64,000 nucleotides of DNA from positions 3,342-67,341 of the forward strand of contig JACROH010000003.1 in assembly GCA_016214545.1 (NCBI GenBank), given 5' to 3'. This DNA is from Candidatus Lloydbacteria bacterium (lineage in GTDB: Bacteria; Patescibacteriota; Minisyncoccia; Phycocordibacterales; 21-14-all-47-15). This document shows, piece after piece, positions 35,794-44,918 of this stretch. How positions within the stretch are numbered: position 1 is the first letter of the stretch; each line of letters opens with the position of its first letter. Made by a program: the position numbers and the translations under genes. The notes beneath the pieces were generated by a model, which saw nothing but the letters and a program-made list of their open reading frames with translations, had not been told where the DNA came from and ran no database searches.

Positions 35794-36342
35794 TTACATT
35801 TTTTTCACCTGTAAAAAATCCAGCTCAACCGGCGTACTGCGTCCGAACATAGATACCAACACTTTAACTTTTCCACGCAGCTCGTCAACCTCGCTCACCT
35901 TTCCCTCGAGCTCTTTAAACGGCCCGTCGACAACCGTGACCAAATCGCCTTCCATGAGATCAATCTTATGCGTTGCTTTTTTATCGCCCTCCAAACGAGA
36001 GAACAGCTCTCCAATTTCTTTCTCATCAAGCGGCACCGGGTGCACCCCCGCGCCGACGAATCCGGTCACTCGTGGCGTATTTCGTACCACGTACCACGAA
36101 TCATCGGTTACAATCATGTCCACAAGCACATACCCCGGATACACTTTTTCTTCTATCTCTGTTCGTTTCCCTCCTTTGATTTTAATTTTCTTTTCCGTCG
36201 GCACAAGCACATTGAAGATTTTGTCTTCCATGCCGAGCGACTCAATGCGCGCTTTCAAATTGCGGGCTACGGCATTTTCGTATCCCGAATAGGTGTGAAT
36301 GGCATACCAATGCCGCTCGCGCTGTGATTCTTGTTTGGTCAT
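35794..36342 (-). CDS. nusG: Transcription antitermination factor NusG
   Basis: [14 protein letters not shown] plus a C-terminal KOW ([18 protein letters not shown]). I use the ATG at 36342; the track uses the TTG at 36357. Confidence 0.93.
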   Translation of the reverse strand: MTKQESQRERHWYAIHTYSGYENAVARNLKARIESLGMEDKIFNVLVPTEKKIKIKGGKRTEIEEKVYPGYVLVDMIVTDDSWYVVRNTPRVTGFVGAGVHPVPLDEKEIGELFSRLEGDKKATHKIDLMEGDLVTVVDGPFKELEGKVSEVDELRGKVKVLVSMFGRSTPVELDFLQVKKM

Positions 36343-36349
36343 GAGATGA

Positions 36350-36526
36350 TTAAACAATTAACTGGAGCAGACGCTCAAAGATAAAGTCAAAAAAACCAAG
36401 AAACATCGCCGTAGCAAACGAGAGTATGACAACCAAAACCGTAAAAGCAATGGTCTGACGCTGGGTAGGCCAGCTTACATGTTTCATCTCGCCCTTAGTC
36501 TCTTTGAAATAATTGAGGATTTCCAT
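36350..36526 (-). CDS. secE: Preprotein translocase subunit SecE (58 aa; absent from ORF track)
   Basis: Hand translation: [58 protein letters not shown]. Has the classic KEVxKVxWP-type motif plus one TM helix, directly upstream of nusG. Confidence 0.85.
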   Translation of the reverse strand: MEILNYFKETKGEMKHVSWPTQRQTIAFTVLVVILSFATAMFLGFFDFIFERLLQLIV

Positions 36527-36731
36527 AATGCTTTGTATTATAAGGCTCTTTTCGACTTTTGACGTTTACCCATTTTTAAAAGGCCTTTCGGGCCTTTTCT
36601 TATAGTATGAACATACACCCCGAAAAGAAAAAAGTCAACCGATGTTTGCCACATTTGCTCAAACTTTTCAAATCTCTCACGCGGGCAAGCGGTTGCCCGC
36701 TCGCACCAAAAAATTCACTCTGTTCATTTTG

Positions 36732-36813
36732 TGGGTGCGGAGAGATTTGAACTCTCAAGCCTTGCGGCATACGCTCCTGAAGCGTACGCGTATACCAATT
36801 CCGCCACGCACCC
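36732..36813 (-). tRNA. tRNA-Leu (anticodon CAG), canonical type II
   Basis: GGGTGCG TG GCG GAATTGGTATA CGC G TACGC TTCAGGA GCGTA TGCCGCAAGGCTT GAGAG TTCAAAT CTCTC CGCACCC A. No encoded CCA. Confidence 0.92.
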
Positions 36814-36892
36814 GGAGAATTATATTTTATTGACTAAAATACACGGGTTGCTATTCTATATTGAGAATATTTACCCATACCAGGAGGATACC

Positions 36893-37069
36893 ATGGAAGT
36901 CATCGTCCACCTTTACACACAATCCAAACCGATTGTCATGACCGATGTCCGCAACACCTATCAGAAGGGAGACCTTTACTGCGTTATGCTTAATAACGGC
37001 ACAGTCGAAAAATTTCCCATTCAACACATCTTTCGTATTACAGAAGCCCCCGCGCCAGCCACCACATAG
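36893..37069 (+). CDS. Hypothetical small protein (58 aa)
   Basis: ATG preceded by AGGAGG. The track ORF 36731..37069 starts inside the tRNA gene, so I trimmed it. Sequence begins MEVIVHLYTQSKPIVMTDVRNTYQKGDLYCVML... Confidence 0.45.
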   Translation: MEVIVHLYTQSKPIVMTDVRNTYQKGDLYCVMLNNGTVEKFPIQHIFRITEAPAPATT

Positions 37070-37110
37070 GGGGCTTTTTCTTTTCCCCCGATACCATAGC
37101 AACGATTATT

Positions 37111-38895
37111 TTACTTCACCGTCACCGATTTTGCCAGATTGCGGGGCATATCGGGATTGTTGCCGCGGAGCACCGCAAGGTAGTAGGCAAGAATCTGAAT
37201 CGGAATGAGATTGGCAATGGGCGAAGCGGCGCCGACATCGGGCACGGAAATCCATTTATCAAAGAGAGCGTGGTCTTCCGGCGCGATACCAATGATATAG
37301 GCGCCGCGTGCTTTCAATTCCGCAACGTTGGAAAGCATGTCGTCTTTGGTTTCGTCGTTTGCGAGGAGCGCAATGCACGGAGTATTTTTTTTAACAAGAG
37401 CGATCGGTCCGTGCTTTAATTCGCCTCCCGCGAACCCTTCGGCATGAATGTAAGACACTTCCTGTATTTTAATCGCCGCTTCAAGGGCCATCGGATAATT
37501 TGCCGACTTGCCGATGATGTACACGTCGTTTTCACGAAAGATAATTTCGGCCACTTTTTTAATGTACTCCAAGTATTTCGGGTTGAGCTGGTCATTAATT
37601 TTCCCAACAAGCCCGATAAGCAACTCTTTCCCTTCTTTTAATTTCCCCGCCGTGGCATAGGCAATAAGAAGAAGGAGGGCTAATTGAGATGTTGCCGCTT
37701 TCGTGGAGGCGACCGCTTTTTCGGGCCCCGCGTTTATGAGAAGCGAATAATCGGACGCCCTCGCCACCGACGAGCCCGAAACATTGACCAGCGAAAGCAC
37801 CTTTGATTTTTTGCGTTTCGCAACCTTCATCGCCTCAAGCACATCGGCGGTCTCTCCGCTTTGAGAGACCGCGACAAGCAAGCTTTCCGGCCTCAAAAAA
37901 TGATGGTAAATCGGAAACTCGGAAGACGGCGCAAAATTTGTATGCCGCTCCGCAACAACGGAGAAAAAATATTCCGCCGCCATGCACACCTTCCCCGCCG
38001 TGCCGCACCCGGAAAGAAATACGCCACGCGCTTTCTGTATCTCCCGCGCGATTTTTTTGATAGCTTTGTCGTCCTGATTGATTGCTCGCGCAAGCGAATC
38101 TTTCTGCTCGACAATTTCTTTGAGCATAAAGTGGTCCCATTCGCCCTTTGACGCCGCTTCTTTGTTGAAAACGATTGGAATATCTTTTTTCTGTATTTTT
38201 TTCTGTGTGTGGAACGAGCGGAATCGCGCTTCTGTACGATTGAGTTTCACGTACTCACCGTCGTCAAGATAATTCACCACCTGCGTATACTCAAGAAAAG
38301 CGGGAATGTCGGACGCAATAAAATATTCGCCCTCTCCTTTGCCAATGATGAGGGGTGAGCCAGAGCGCGCCGCAAGCAAAAAATCACTCTCGGTGTGCAT
38401 CACCACAAAAGCAAAACGTCCTTTGAGATCGCCGCAGGTTGCGACAAACGCGTCTTCAAGCGATTTTCCCATCTTCATATGATAATCAATCAGGTGTGGG
38501 ATAACCTCCGTGTCCGTTTCAGACACAAAGAGATTTCGTTTGCCTTCCGACAAGCGCCGGCGAAGCACGTCGGCGTTTTCAATAATGCCATTGTGCACCA
38601 CCGCAATCGTTTTGTCGTGATTAAAATGCGGATGTGCATTTTTTTTAGTCACCCCGCCATGCGTCGCCCAACGAGAGTGCCCGATAGACATATCTCCGAC
38701 AATGTTCGCAAAATCTTTTTCGGCAACGCCGGAGATTTTCCCGACATTTTTTCTTGAGTAAAGTTCTTGCGCACGAGGACTGCGGACCGCAATCCCCCAG
38801 CTGTCATAGCCGCGGTATTCCAAGTCTTTCAACCCATTAACTGTTTTTTGCGCCGCGTGATTATCGGTGCCGATATATCCAAAAATGCCGCACAT
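37111..38895 (-). CDS. glmS: Glutamine--fructose-6-phosphate aminotransferase
   Basis: MCGIFGYIG N-terminal nucleophile, two SIS domains, and a C-terminal ...NLAKSVTVK. Confidence 0.96.
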   Translation of the reverse strand: MCGIFGYIGTDNHAAQKTVNGLKDLEYRGYDSWGIAVRSPRAQELYSRKNVGKISGVAEKDFANIVGDMSIGHSRWATHGGVTKKNAHPHFNHDKTIAVVHNGIIENADVLRRRLSEGKRNLFVSETDTEVIPHLIDYHMKMGKSLEDAFVATCGDLKGRFAFVVMHTESDFLLAARSGSPLIIGKGEGEYFIASDIPAFLEYTQVVNYLDDGEYVKLNRTEARFRSFHTQKKIQKKDIPIVFNKEAASKGEWDHFMLKEIVEQKDSLARAINQDDKAIKKIAREIQKARGVFLSGCGTAGKVCMAAEYFFSVVAERHTNFAPSSEFPIYHHFLRPESLLVAVSQSGETADVLEAMKVAKRKKSKVLSLVNVSGSSVARASDYSLLINAGPEKAVASTKAATSQLALLLLIAYATAGKLKEGKELLIGLVGKINDQLNPKYLEYIKKVAEIIFRENDVYIIGKSANYPMALEAAIKIQEVSYIHAEGFAGGELKHGPIALVKKNTPCIALLANDETKDDMLSNVAELKARGAYIIGIAPEDHALFDKWISVPDVGAASPIANLIPIQILAYYLAVLRGNNPDMPRNLAKSVTVK

Positions 38896-38909
38896 GTGAT
38901 TATTTAAAA

Positions 38910-40340
38910 TTAAAAATATTTTTGAGTAAGCCGATTAAATTGCTCGCCCCGGTCAAATTCGTTTTTAAATTTTTCAAAACTAGCCGCCCCCGGGGAGAAA
39001 AGGATTGTTTTGTGTTTTGGCGCGAGAATTTCCGACGCCCGAGAAACACATTCGCGCAGTGTACCGTGTCGGCACGCGCGCGTATCGCCATATCCTATGT
39101 TTTGTAACTCTCTTTCGAGAATATCGGTTGCAGAGCCCTCCAAAAGAATAAGGTGTTTTGGCAGTATACGCCGTTTGATTTCTTTCGCCAATTGACAATA
39201 CGACAAATTTTTATTCGTACCGCCGGTGATCAATACGCATTGTTTTTTTGACCCGCGAGAGAACCGTCTAAGGGCGGCGATGGTTGCCTCTTCGGTCGTC
39301 GCTGCAGAATCGTTCACCACCGTCTGTTTACCTGACCGCGAGAGTATCTCCTGCCGAAACGGCACGGACGGCAGCGTCTTTATCACCGACGAAGACAGTT
39401 TGAAACGCGGAAAGAAAAGCCGTGTGGCAAGCGTCGCGGCAAGCAGGTTTTCCAGATTGTGTTTCCCGAACGCACGCTCAAATCCGCTAATCCGCCCAAG
39501 TGGTTTTTGCACTCCGTCTTTTTGAAATACCACCCGCTCATTTTTCACAAAAATCCCGTCTACCACTCGCGGAAGCGGTTTCGCCGAAAAATAAAAAATG
39601 CGTGACTTCGGCTTTTTTGAAAGAAAAAAGGAAGTCCATTCATTTCCATAATTCAAAATCAAAAAATCATCCGGTGTTTGCCATCTGAAGATATTCGCCT
39701 TTGCCTCCGCATACGCCTCGATAGACGGGTAGGTATTGAGGTGGTCGGGGAAAAGGTTGGTGATAAGCGCGATATGCGGACTTTTATTCGCCTCCGGCAG
39801 AAGCTCGAGCTGCCACGATGGCAGCTCGAGCGTCGCTGGCGCATTTTTTTTGAGACCATCGAGCTCTTTCAAAAACGGACGTTTTGGATTATTCCCGATA
39901 GGGTGTATGTCTTTGGCAAGCGCACGCGACAAAAAATGTGCTGCCCAATGAACCGTCGTGGTTTTACCGCGCGTACCGGTAACGCCGATAAGCGGGCTCT
40001 CGGCAAAACGAAAAAAGAGGGTCAGTTCGTTTTCAACGGAGACGCCCTGTTCCCGGGCATACTGCACCAATGGATTATGAAGCCGCACCGCAGGATTGAT
40101 GACAAGCATGTCACTCTTCGCAATATCTTCTTTGCGATGTGTGCCAAAAACGCCCGACACTTTTTTCGATATTTTTTTAAGAGAATCTTTAAGCTCTTCT
40201 TTCGTGCGTAAATCGGTAACCGTCACCTTCGCCCCGTGCCTTAAAAGCCAGTTGGTCGTTGCGACTCCTCCGCCAAGCCGTCCCAGCCCCATGACAAGAG
40301 CGCGTTTCCCTTGTAAGTATTTTTTTCTTTTATTCATCAA
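38910..40340 (-). CDS. murD: UDP-N-acetylmuramoylalanine--D-glutamate ligase
   Basis: N-terminal Rossmann (VMGLGRLGGG), Mur ligase P-loop GVTGTRGKTTT, and a C-terminal Mur ligase domain. Confidence 0.85.
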   Translation of the reverse strand: MMNKRKKYLQGKRALVMGLGRLGGGVATTNWLLRHGAKVTVTDLRTKEELKDSLKKISKKVSGVFGTHRKEDIAKSDMLVINPAVRLHNPLVQYAREQGVSVENELTLFFRFAESPLIGVTGTRGKTTTVHWAAHFLSRALAKDIHPIGNNPKRPFLKELDGLKKNAPATLELPSWQLELLPEANKSPHIALITNLFPDHLNTYPSIEAYAEAKANIFRWQTPDDFLILNYGNEWTSFFLSKKPKSRIFYFSAKPLPRVVDGIFVKNERVVFQKDGVQKPLGRISGFERAFGKHNLENLLAATLATRLFFPRFKLSSSVIKTLPSVPFRQEILSRSGKQTVVNDSAATTEEATIAALRRFSRGSKKQCVLITGGTNKNLSYCQLAKEIKRRILPKHLILLEGSATDILERELQNIGYGDTRACRHGTLRECVSRASEILAPKHKTILFSPGAASFEKFKNEFDRGEQFNRLTQKYF

Positions 40341-40394
40341 AATGAGTATATCAAAAAGGGGCTTCGCTTCAATATAAGCGAAACCCCCTTGTCC

Positions 40395-41621
40395 TTAAAA
40401 TACTTTCTCAAACGCTTGTCTGAAATCGCGAATCAGATATTCCCGAAACGTTTTTTCGTCTTCAGCGCTCGGAGATACCCGAATGAGATTTGATTTGATA
40501 CCAACGGCACGCTGCGTTTCTTCGTCCATATCGGCGTGCGTTGTTGCTCCGGAACAATTAACGAGCGTGTAGCGATGATCGCAAATATGAACCATGGTCG
40601 CTGAATGTTGCAGAGCGTCAACAAACGCTTCCGCTTTTTCCAAGCCGCCGTTAATTTCAAACGAAAGAAGCGGCCCTCCGCACCCGTTCATTTGGTCGCG
40701 GAGAATCTCACCGCCGCAAGGATACAAAGCGCTCGGATAATACACCTTCTCCACGAAATTTTCCTCGGTCATCAAATAGAGCGAAAGGATACGGGCGTTT
40801 TCAGAATGCCTTTTCATGGCAACTTCAAGATACGGAAGATGCTGGAGCAGACAGCCGGCGGTCGAAGGACTCATAACCGGCCGCATGGTGTGAAAAAATT
40901 TTCGAGAGCTCATCTCTTCAAAAATTTCCTTTTTTGCCAAAAGAATCCCTCCGAGATCGGTCGATGAACCGTTGAGACCTTTTGAAGCCGAAATCACCAC
41001 CGCGTCAATCCCCCACAAAAACGGCCTTTGGAGCGCGTGCGTCATGATGGTGTTGTCGATTGCGCTCACGGCATTGAATTCGCGGGCAATGCTAGCAAGC
41101 ATGCGGATGAGAAAACAGTCGGTTAACGGATTGCTCGGCGTTTCGCCGAACAAACATCCGACGTCGTGCCCGTCCGAAATCGCTTTCTCCGCCGCCTCTC
41201 TCCACGCCTTTTCATCTCCGGGGTTATCTACCCGATACGTCGGAATGCCGAGGTCCGGCAAGAGCTCGTAACAGGCGACAAAAGTGCACCCGTAAATTTT
41301 TCCGGAATATATAACGGCCTTTCCGGGAGCGCATACCGAGAGAAGAAACATCCAGATCGCCGACATGCCCGAGGCAAAAGTGATACCGTCATATTCATTC
41401 TTATCGGCACCGCACTCTCCCTCGAGTATTTTTTTAACCAGGGCATAATTTTCAGGCGTATGCCGTCCGACCCCGTGATAAAAAAACGGGATTTCGTTCT
41501 CGCGAATATCCCCTGAAAAAAAGCGTCTCAGCTGGCTCGCGCCTTCCGGCGGAGCAAAAGCAATGCTCTTCCATGGCGTTTCGTTAACGGCTCCGTCTCC
41601 TCCATGCAAACGTCGTCCCAT
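40395..41621 (-). CDS. PLP-dependent Cys/Met-metabolism enzyme (cystathionine gamma-synthase/lyase, OAH sulfhydrylase family)
   Basis: VISASKGLNGSSTDLGG (PLP-lysine region); overall length and pattern fit. Confidence 0.7.
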   Translation of the reverse strand: MGRRLHGGDGAVNETPWKSIAFAPPEGASQLRRFFSGDIRENEIPFFYHGVGRHTPENYALVKKILEGECGADKNEYDGITFASGMSAIWMFLLSVCAPGKAVIYSGKIYGCTFVACYELLPDLGIPTYRVDNPGDEKAWREAAEKAISDGHDVGCLFGETPSNPLTDCFLIRMLASIAREFNAVSAIDNTIMTHALQRPFLWGIDAVVISASKGLNGSSTDLGGILLAKKEIFEEMSSRKFFHTMRPVMSPSTAGCLLQHLPYLEVAMKRHSENARILSLYLMTEENFVEKVYYPSALYPCGGEILRDQMNGCGGPLLSFEINGGLEKAEAFVDALQHSATMVHICDHRYTLVNCSGATTHADMDEETQRAVGIKSNLIRVSPSAEDEKTFREYLIRDFRQAFEKVF

Positions 41622-41643
41622 GCAAACCTCCTTGGTAAATTTT

Positions 41644-41846
41644 TATTTCGTCTGAGCTGAAAGCGAAATGAGAATCGCAATTCTCATTTCGTCCGTGAGG
41701 GGCGAATACATGGAGCCCCGCAAGACCTTTTGAGATAGATTTGAGCTGAAGCGAAAATATATCCAAAAGGTGTACTGCTCCTGTTACGGAGCAAAGACCA
41801 AACATAGGTTCAATATCTCGCAGCTTGCTGCGAGGAACCTTTATTA
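41644..41846 (+). repeat. Structured intergenic element, copy A (full length)
   Basis: Runs from TTATTTCGTCT to GGAACCTTTATT with five hairpins (H1-H5). See findings for the copy-to-copy compensatory changes. Confidence 0.85.
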
Positions 41847-41939
41847 TCTGACTGCCAAAGAACCCCGAAAACTAAGGTTACTTATATCACTCTTTGGACA
41901 GGCCGTCAACATAAAACCCCCCACGCACTTGGCAGAAAA

Positions 41940-42353
41940 TCAGGTTCGCAAGCCGCGCATGACAAGCGCTCGTTTTTTCAGCTCATCAAAAAATTCCTTT
42001 GCTTGTTTTTTGTAGGTTATGTCTTTCATTTCTCCGTTCTCTCCAAACAGCTCCGTAATATTTGGAAAATAGAGTCCTTGTTTCAGAGGGTACATTGATA
42101 ACGTCACGAGCACCGGAAGAAGGTTTTCAACGGCTCGCGCGCCGCCGAAATGGCCGGAAGAGACAGCGGCAATCCCCACGGGCTTGTGCGCGTATTCTTC
42201 GTAGAGAGAGTCCAGCAATATTTTGAGCTCCCCCGGATACCCGTGGTTATACTCGGGGACGACAAAAATAAATCCATCGGCACGCTCCGCGCTTTCTTTC
42301 CAGTACGCCACATTCGAATTGGGAACCCACGCGGGAACTGTTTCGCGGCTCAA
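41940..42353 (-). pseudogene. NADPH-dependent FMN reductase family, N-terminally truncated (possible remnant)
   Basis: ADGFIFVVPEYNHGYPGELKILLDSL is the family core. Only ~20-35 codons are open upstream (in-frame TGA at 42402..42404), the start is TTG, and the usual first beta-strand/GSxR phosphate loop is missing. Confidence 0.5.
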
Positions 42354-42430
42354 AAAATCTTTTATTGTTAAATAGTAACCTAATTTTTTGATAAAAACTC
42401 CTCAAGCCCTCGACAGAGAAACCGAGCTTT

Positions 42431-43135
42431 TTATTTCCCAGGCACAAGCTCTTTGATAAGTGCGCGCGCTTCTTCCGCAGAATCAACCAGATGATAAATA
42501 TCCATATCTTCTTTGTCGATTGATTTATCGCGTTCATACACATCCTTTTTAATCCAGTCAAATAGCGGCGTCCAGTACATTTTTCCGACGGCAATTACCG
42601 GAATCGGCTTAATTTTTTTAGTCTGGACAAGCGTTACTATTTCAAAAAATTCGTCGAGGGTACCAAACCCGCCCGGAAAAAAGATGTACACTTCGGAAGC
42701 AAACGAGAGAATCACTTTTCTGGTGAAGAAGTAATGGAAAGAAAGCGTGTCGTTGACGTAGGTGTTGAGAATCTGACCGCCGGGCAATTCAATGTTTAAC
42801 CCCGCCGATTTTCCTCCCGCCTCAAACGCTCCTTTGTTTGCCGCCTCCATGATCCCCGGGCCGCCGCCGGTGATAATGTCAAAACCGTCCGCAACCAACA
42901 TGCCGGCAAGCCGCGTCGCTTCTTTATAGATGGCGTCGTCAAGCGCGCATTTTGATGACCCGAAAAAAGTGGCCGTTTTCCCGTACTTGCGCAAAAACTC
43001 AAATCCGGAAACAAATTCGGACATAATCTTAAAAATACGCCACGTCGCCGCGTCTTCGGAATGAATATCGAGCAGCTCATCAACGCGCGCCTTTGGCAGA
43101 CAAACCTCCCCGTCTTGTTTTTTGTGAATATCCAT
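42431..43135 (-). CDS. LOG family protein (TIGR00730-type; cytokinin riboside 5'-monophosphate phosphoribohydrolase-like)
   Basis: GGGPGIMEAANKGA and PGGFGTLDEFFE motifs. Confidence 0.88.
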   Translation of the reverse strand: MDIHKKQDGEVCLPKARVDELLDIHSEDAATWRIFKIMSEFVSGFEFLRKYGKTATFFGSSKCALDDAIYKEATRLAGMLVADGFDIITGGGPGIMEAANKGAFEAGGKSAGLNIELPGGQILNTYVNDTLSFHYFFTRKVILSFASEVYIFFPGGFGTLDEFFEIVTLVQTKKIKPIPVIAVGKMYWTPLFDWIKKDVYERDKSIDKEDMDIYHLVDSAEEARALIKELVPGK

Positions 43136-43169
43136 TATGCTTATTATATACTAAATAACAAGAAAAAAT

Positions 43170-43364
43170 AAAGGTTCCTCGCAGCAAGCTGCGAGGAACC
43201 TGTGTTTCGTCTTCGCTCCTTACAGGAGCAGTCCACTCATTGGGTCTTTTGTTTCGCTTCGCTCACAAAAGTCCTCAATGAGTCTTGCGGTGCTCCATGT
43301 ATTCGCACCTCACGGACGAAATGAGAGTTGCGATTCTCATTTCGCTCCTCGCTAGACGAAATAA
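43170..43364 (-). repeat. Structured intergenic element, copy C (full length, inverted relative to A and B)
   Basis: The reverse complement aligns with A end to end. H2 and H3 carry different but still complementary stems. Confidence 0.85.
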
Positions 43365-43382
43365 CTCCTTCTCAAAAAGTTT

Positions 43383-44006
43383 TTATGACTCGCGCCAAAA
43401 TGTATGCTTCATTCGTTTATACCCGACAAACAGAGCGCCGATACCTACGGCTCCCGCAACAAGCTGATAGTGAGGAGGCAGAGTAGCCGCATAAGAGAAA
43501 ATAAAAGCAAACGGAAGAATACCCAAAAGGGTTGAGGAGAAGTAGGTCAGAAAACGAATTTTTGTAAAAAGCCCCACCGCATAGCTCAGCACGTCAACCG
43601 GAAGCGCCATGCGCAAAAAAACAAGGCTCCAAAAAACATGCTGCTCGGGCAATGCTTTCTCAAATTGTTCCACTTTGTGCAAATCAACAAATCGATGAAC
43701 CACCGGTCTGCCAAAACACCTCGCCAGAAAAAAGGCGACGACCGCCCCCACCGTCCACCCCAGAACGCTTAAAAGCGCCGCGGCCAAACTCCCCCATAAA
43801 CCGACGGCAACCGGCAGCAACGGAAGCGTGCTCACCGGCGCAATAACAACCGCAACAATGGTAATCGCCACATACACAATCATCCCCTCCATGCCCAACG
43901 CAAAGGGAATGTTTACAAAAAAATCCGCATATTCCTGCACCGCCGCCGAAGCCCCGATAAACAAGGCGATTACCAGAACGGCAATGCCTATTTCTTTTAA
44001 CGACAT
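43383..44006 (-). CDS. TVP38/TMEM64 (DedA-related) membrane protein
   Basis: Multi-TM protein with FFLARCFGRPVVHRF, typical of the family. Confidence 0.6.
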   Translation of the reverse strand: MSLKEIGIAVLVIALFIGASAAVQEYADFFVNIPFALGMEGMIVYVAITIVAVVIAPVSTLPLLPVAVGLWGSLAAALLSVLGWTVGAVVAFFLARCFGRPVVHRFVDLHKVEQFEKALPEQHVFWSLVFLRMALPVDVLSYAVGLFTKIRFLTYFSSTLLGILPFAFIFSYAATLPPHYQLVAGAVGIGALFVGYKRMKHTFWRES

Positions 44007-44092
44007 GCTTTTAGTATAGCACCATAAATTACAAAGAGACCAAAGCCTCGCTTTTTAGGCGAGGCTTTGGTCTCAAAAACCCGAGACAAAAA

Positions 44093-44794
44093 TTAATTTT
44101 TGAGCGCTTGGTCTATGGCGTTTTTTATCTGTTCAAACGGCAATGCGCCGCTAAACGGAAAAACATCGCCCTTTGAGGTCAAAATGACCGAGTACGGGGT
44201 CCCATTCCCGCCGGAAGCGATGGCGTCCGCGAGATTATCGGAAACGCGGCTTGCAAACTTGCCGCTATCGAGACAGTTTTGAAACGCTTTTACATCAAGC
44301 CCGATATTTTTTGCAATCACCGGCAGCTGATTCAAATCAAGACCGTTGTTTGACGGCGTAACAGCAAAAATACCGTCGGCATAGCTCCAGAACGCGGCGT
44401 TGCCACCCTGGTCTGCGGCACATTCAGACGCTTCGGCTTCTTTTCGCGCCTTCGAGTGAAGGCCATCGAGCGGAAAATGCCGATACACCCAGGCAACGCG
44501 CCCGTCTTTCCCGTACGTGTCCACGACTTGTTTCATCGTCTCGTGAAATACTTTACAAAACGGACATTCGAAATCGGAAAATTCCACAATCGTCACTTGA
44601 GCATTCGGGCTTCCCAAAATATGGTCTTTATCGCTGAGCGGCCTCACCTTTTCTGCAGCGGCTGACGGAACGTTATTCAGCGCTTCTTTTTTTACGTCAT
44701 TATTCCGTGAGCTCATAACCGCTCCGGCAATAATAAGACCGGCGATAATGATTGCTCCCGGAATCAGGTACGATGTTTGTTTTGATTCTTGCAT
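44093..44794 (-). CDS. DsbA-family thiol:disulfide oxidoreductase, membrane-anchored
   Basis: Start at the ATG at 44794 (MQESKQTSYLIPGAIIIAGLIIAG); the track ORF extends to 44998. CPFC active site (FSDFECPFCKVFHE). Confidence 0.8.
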   Translation of the reverse strand: MQESKQTSYLIPGAIIIAGLIIAGAVMSSRNNDVKKEALNNVPSAAAEKVRPLSDKDHILGSPNAQVTIVEFSDFECPFCKVFHETMKQVVDTYGKDGRVAWVYRHFPLDGLHSKARKEAEASECAADQGGNAAFWSYADGIFAVTPSNNGLDLNQLPVIAKNIGLDVKAFQNCLDSGKFASRVSDNLADAIASGGNGTPYSVILTSKGDVFPFSGALPFEQIKNAIDQALKN

Positions 44795-44918
44795 ATGAGT
44801 GATATTATACACCGGCCATTTCATAAAACAAGAAATGCTTGACGAACTATCGCCACGTGTTACCATCCAACAAACAAATCCGTTCGTTGTCATTACCAAT
44901 ACCTTGAAGGAGTGGCCC

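Noticed and set aside
41584-41805. Small ORFs on the reverse strand of the structured elements (41584..41805, 46112..46303, 43285..43467, 51464..51664) that share peptide stretches such as QLKSISKGLAGL.VFAPHG.
   Set aside because: Between copies A and B an indel shifts the frame in the N-terminal part. The substitutions come in complementary pairs that preserve hairpins rather than amino acids. The peptide similarity is a by-product of nucleotide conservation.
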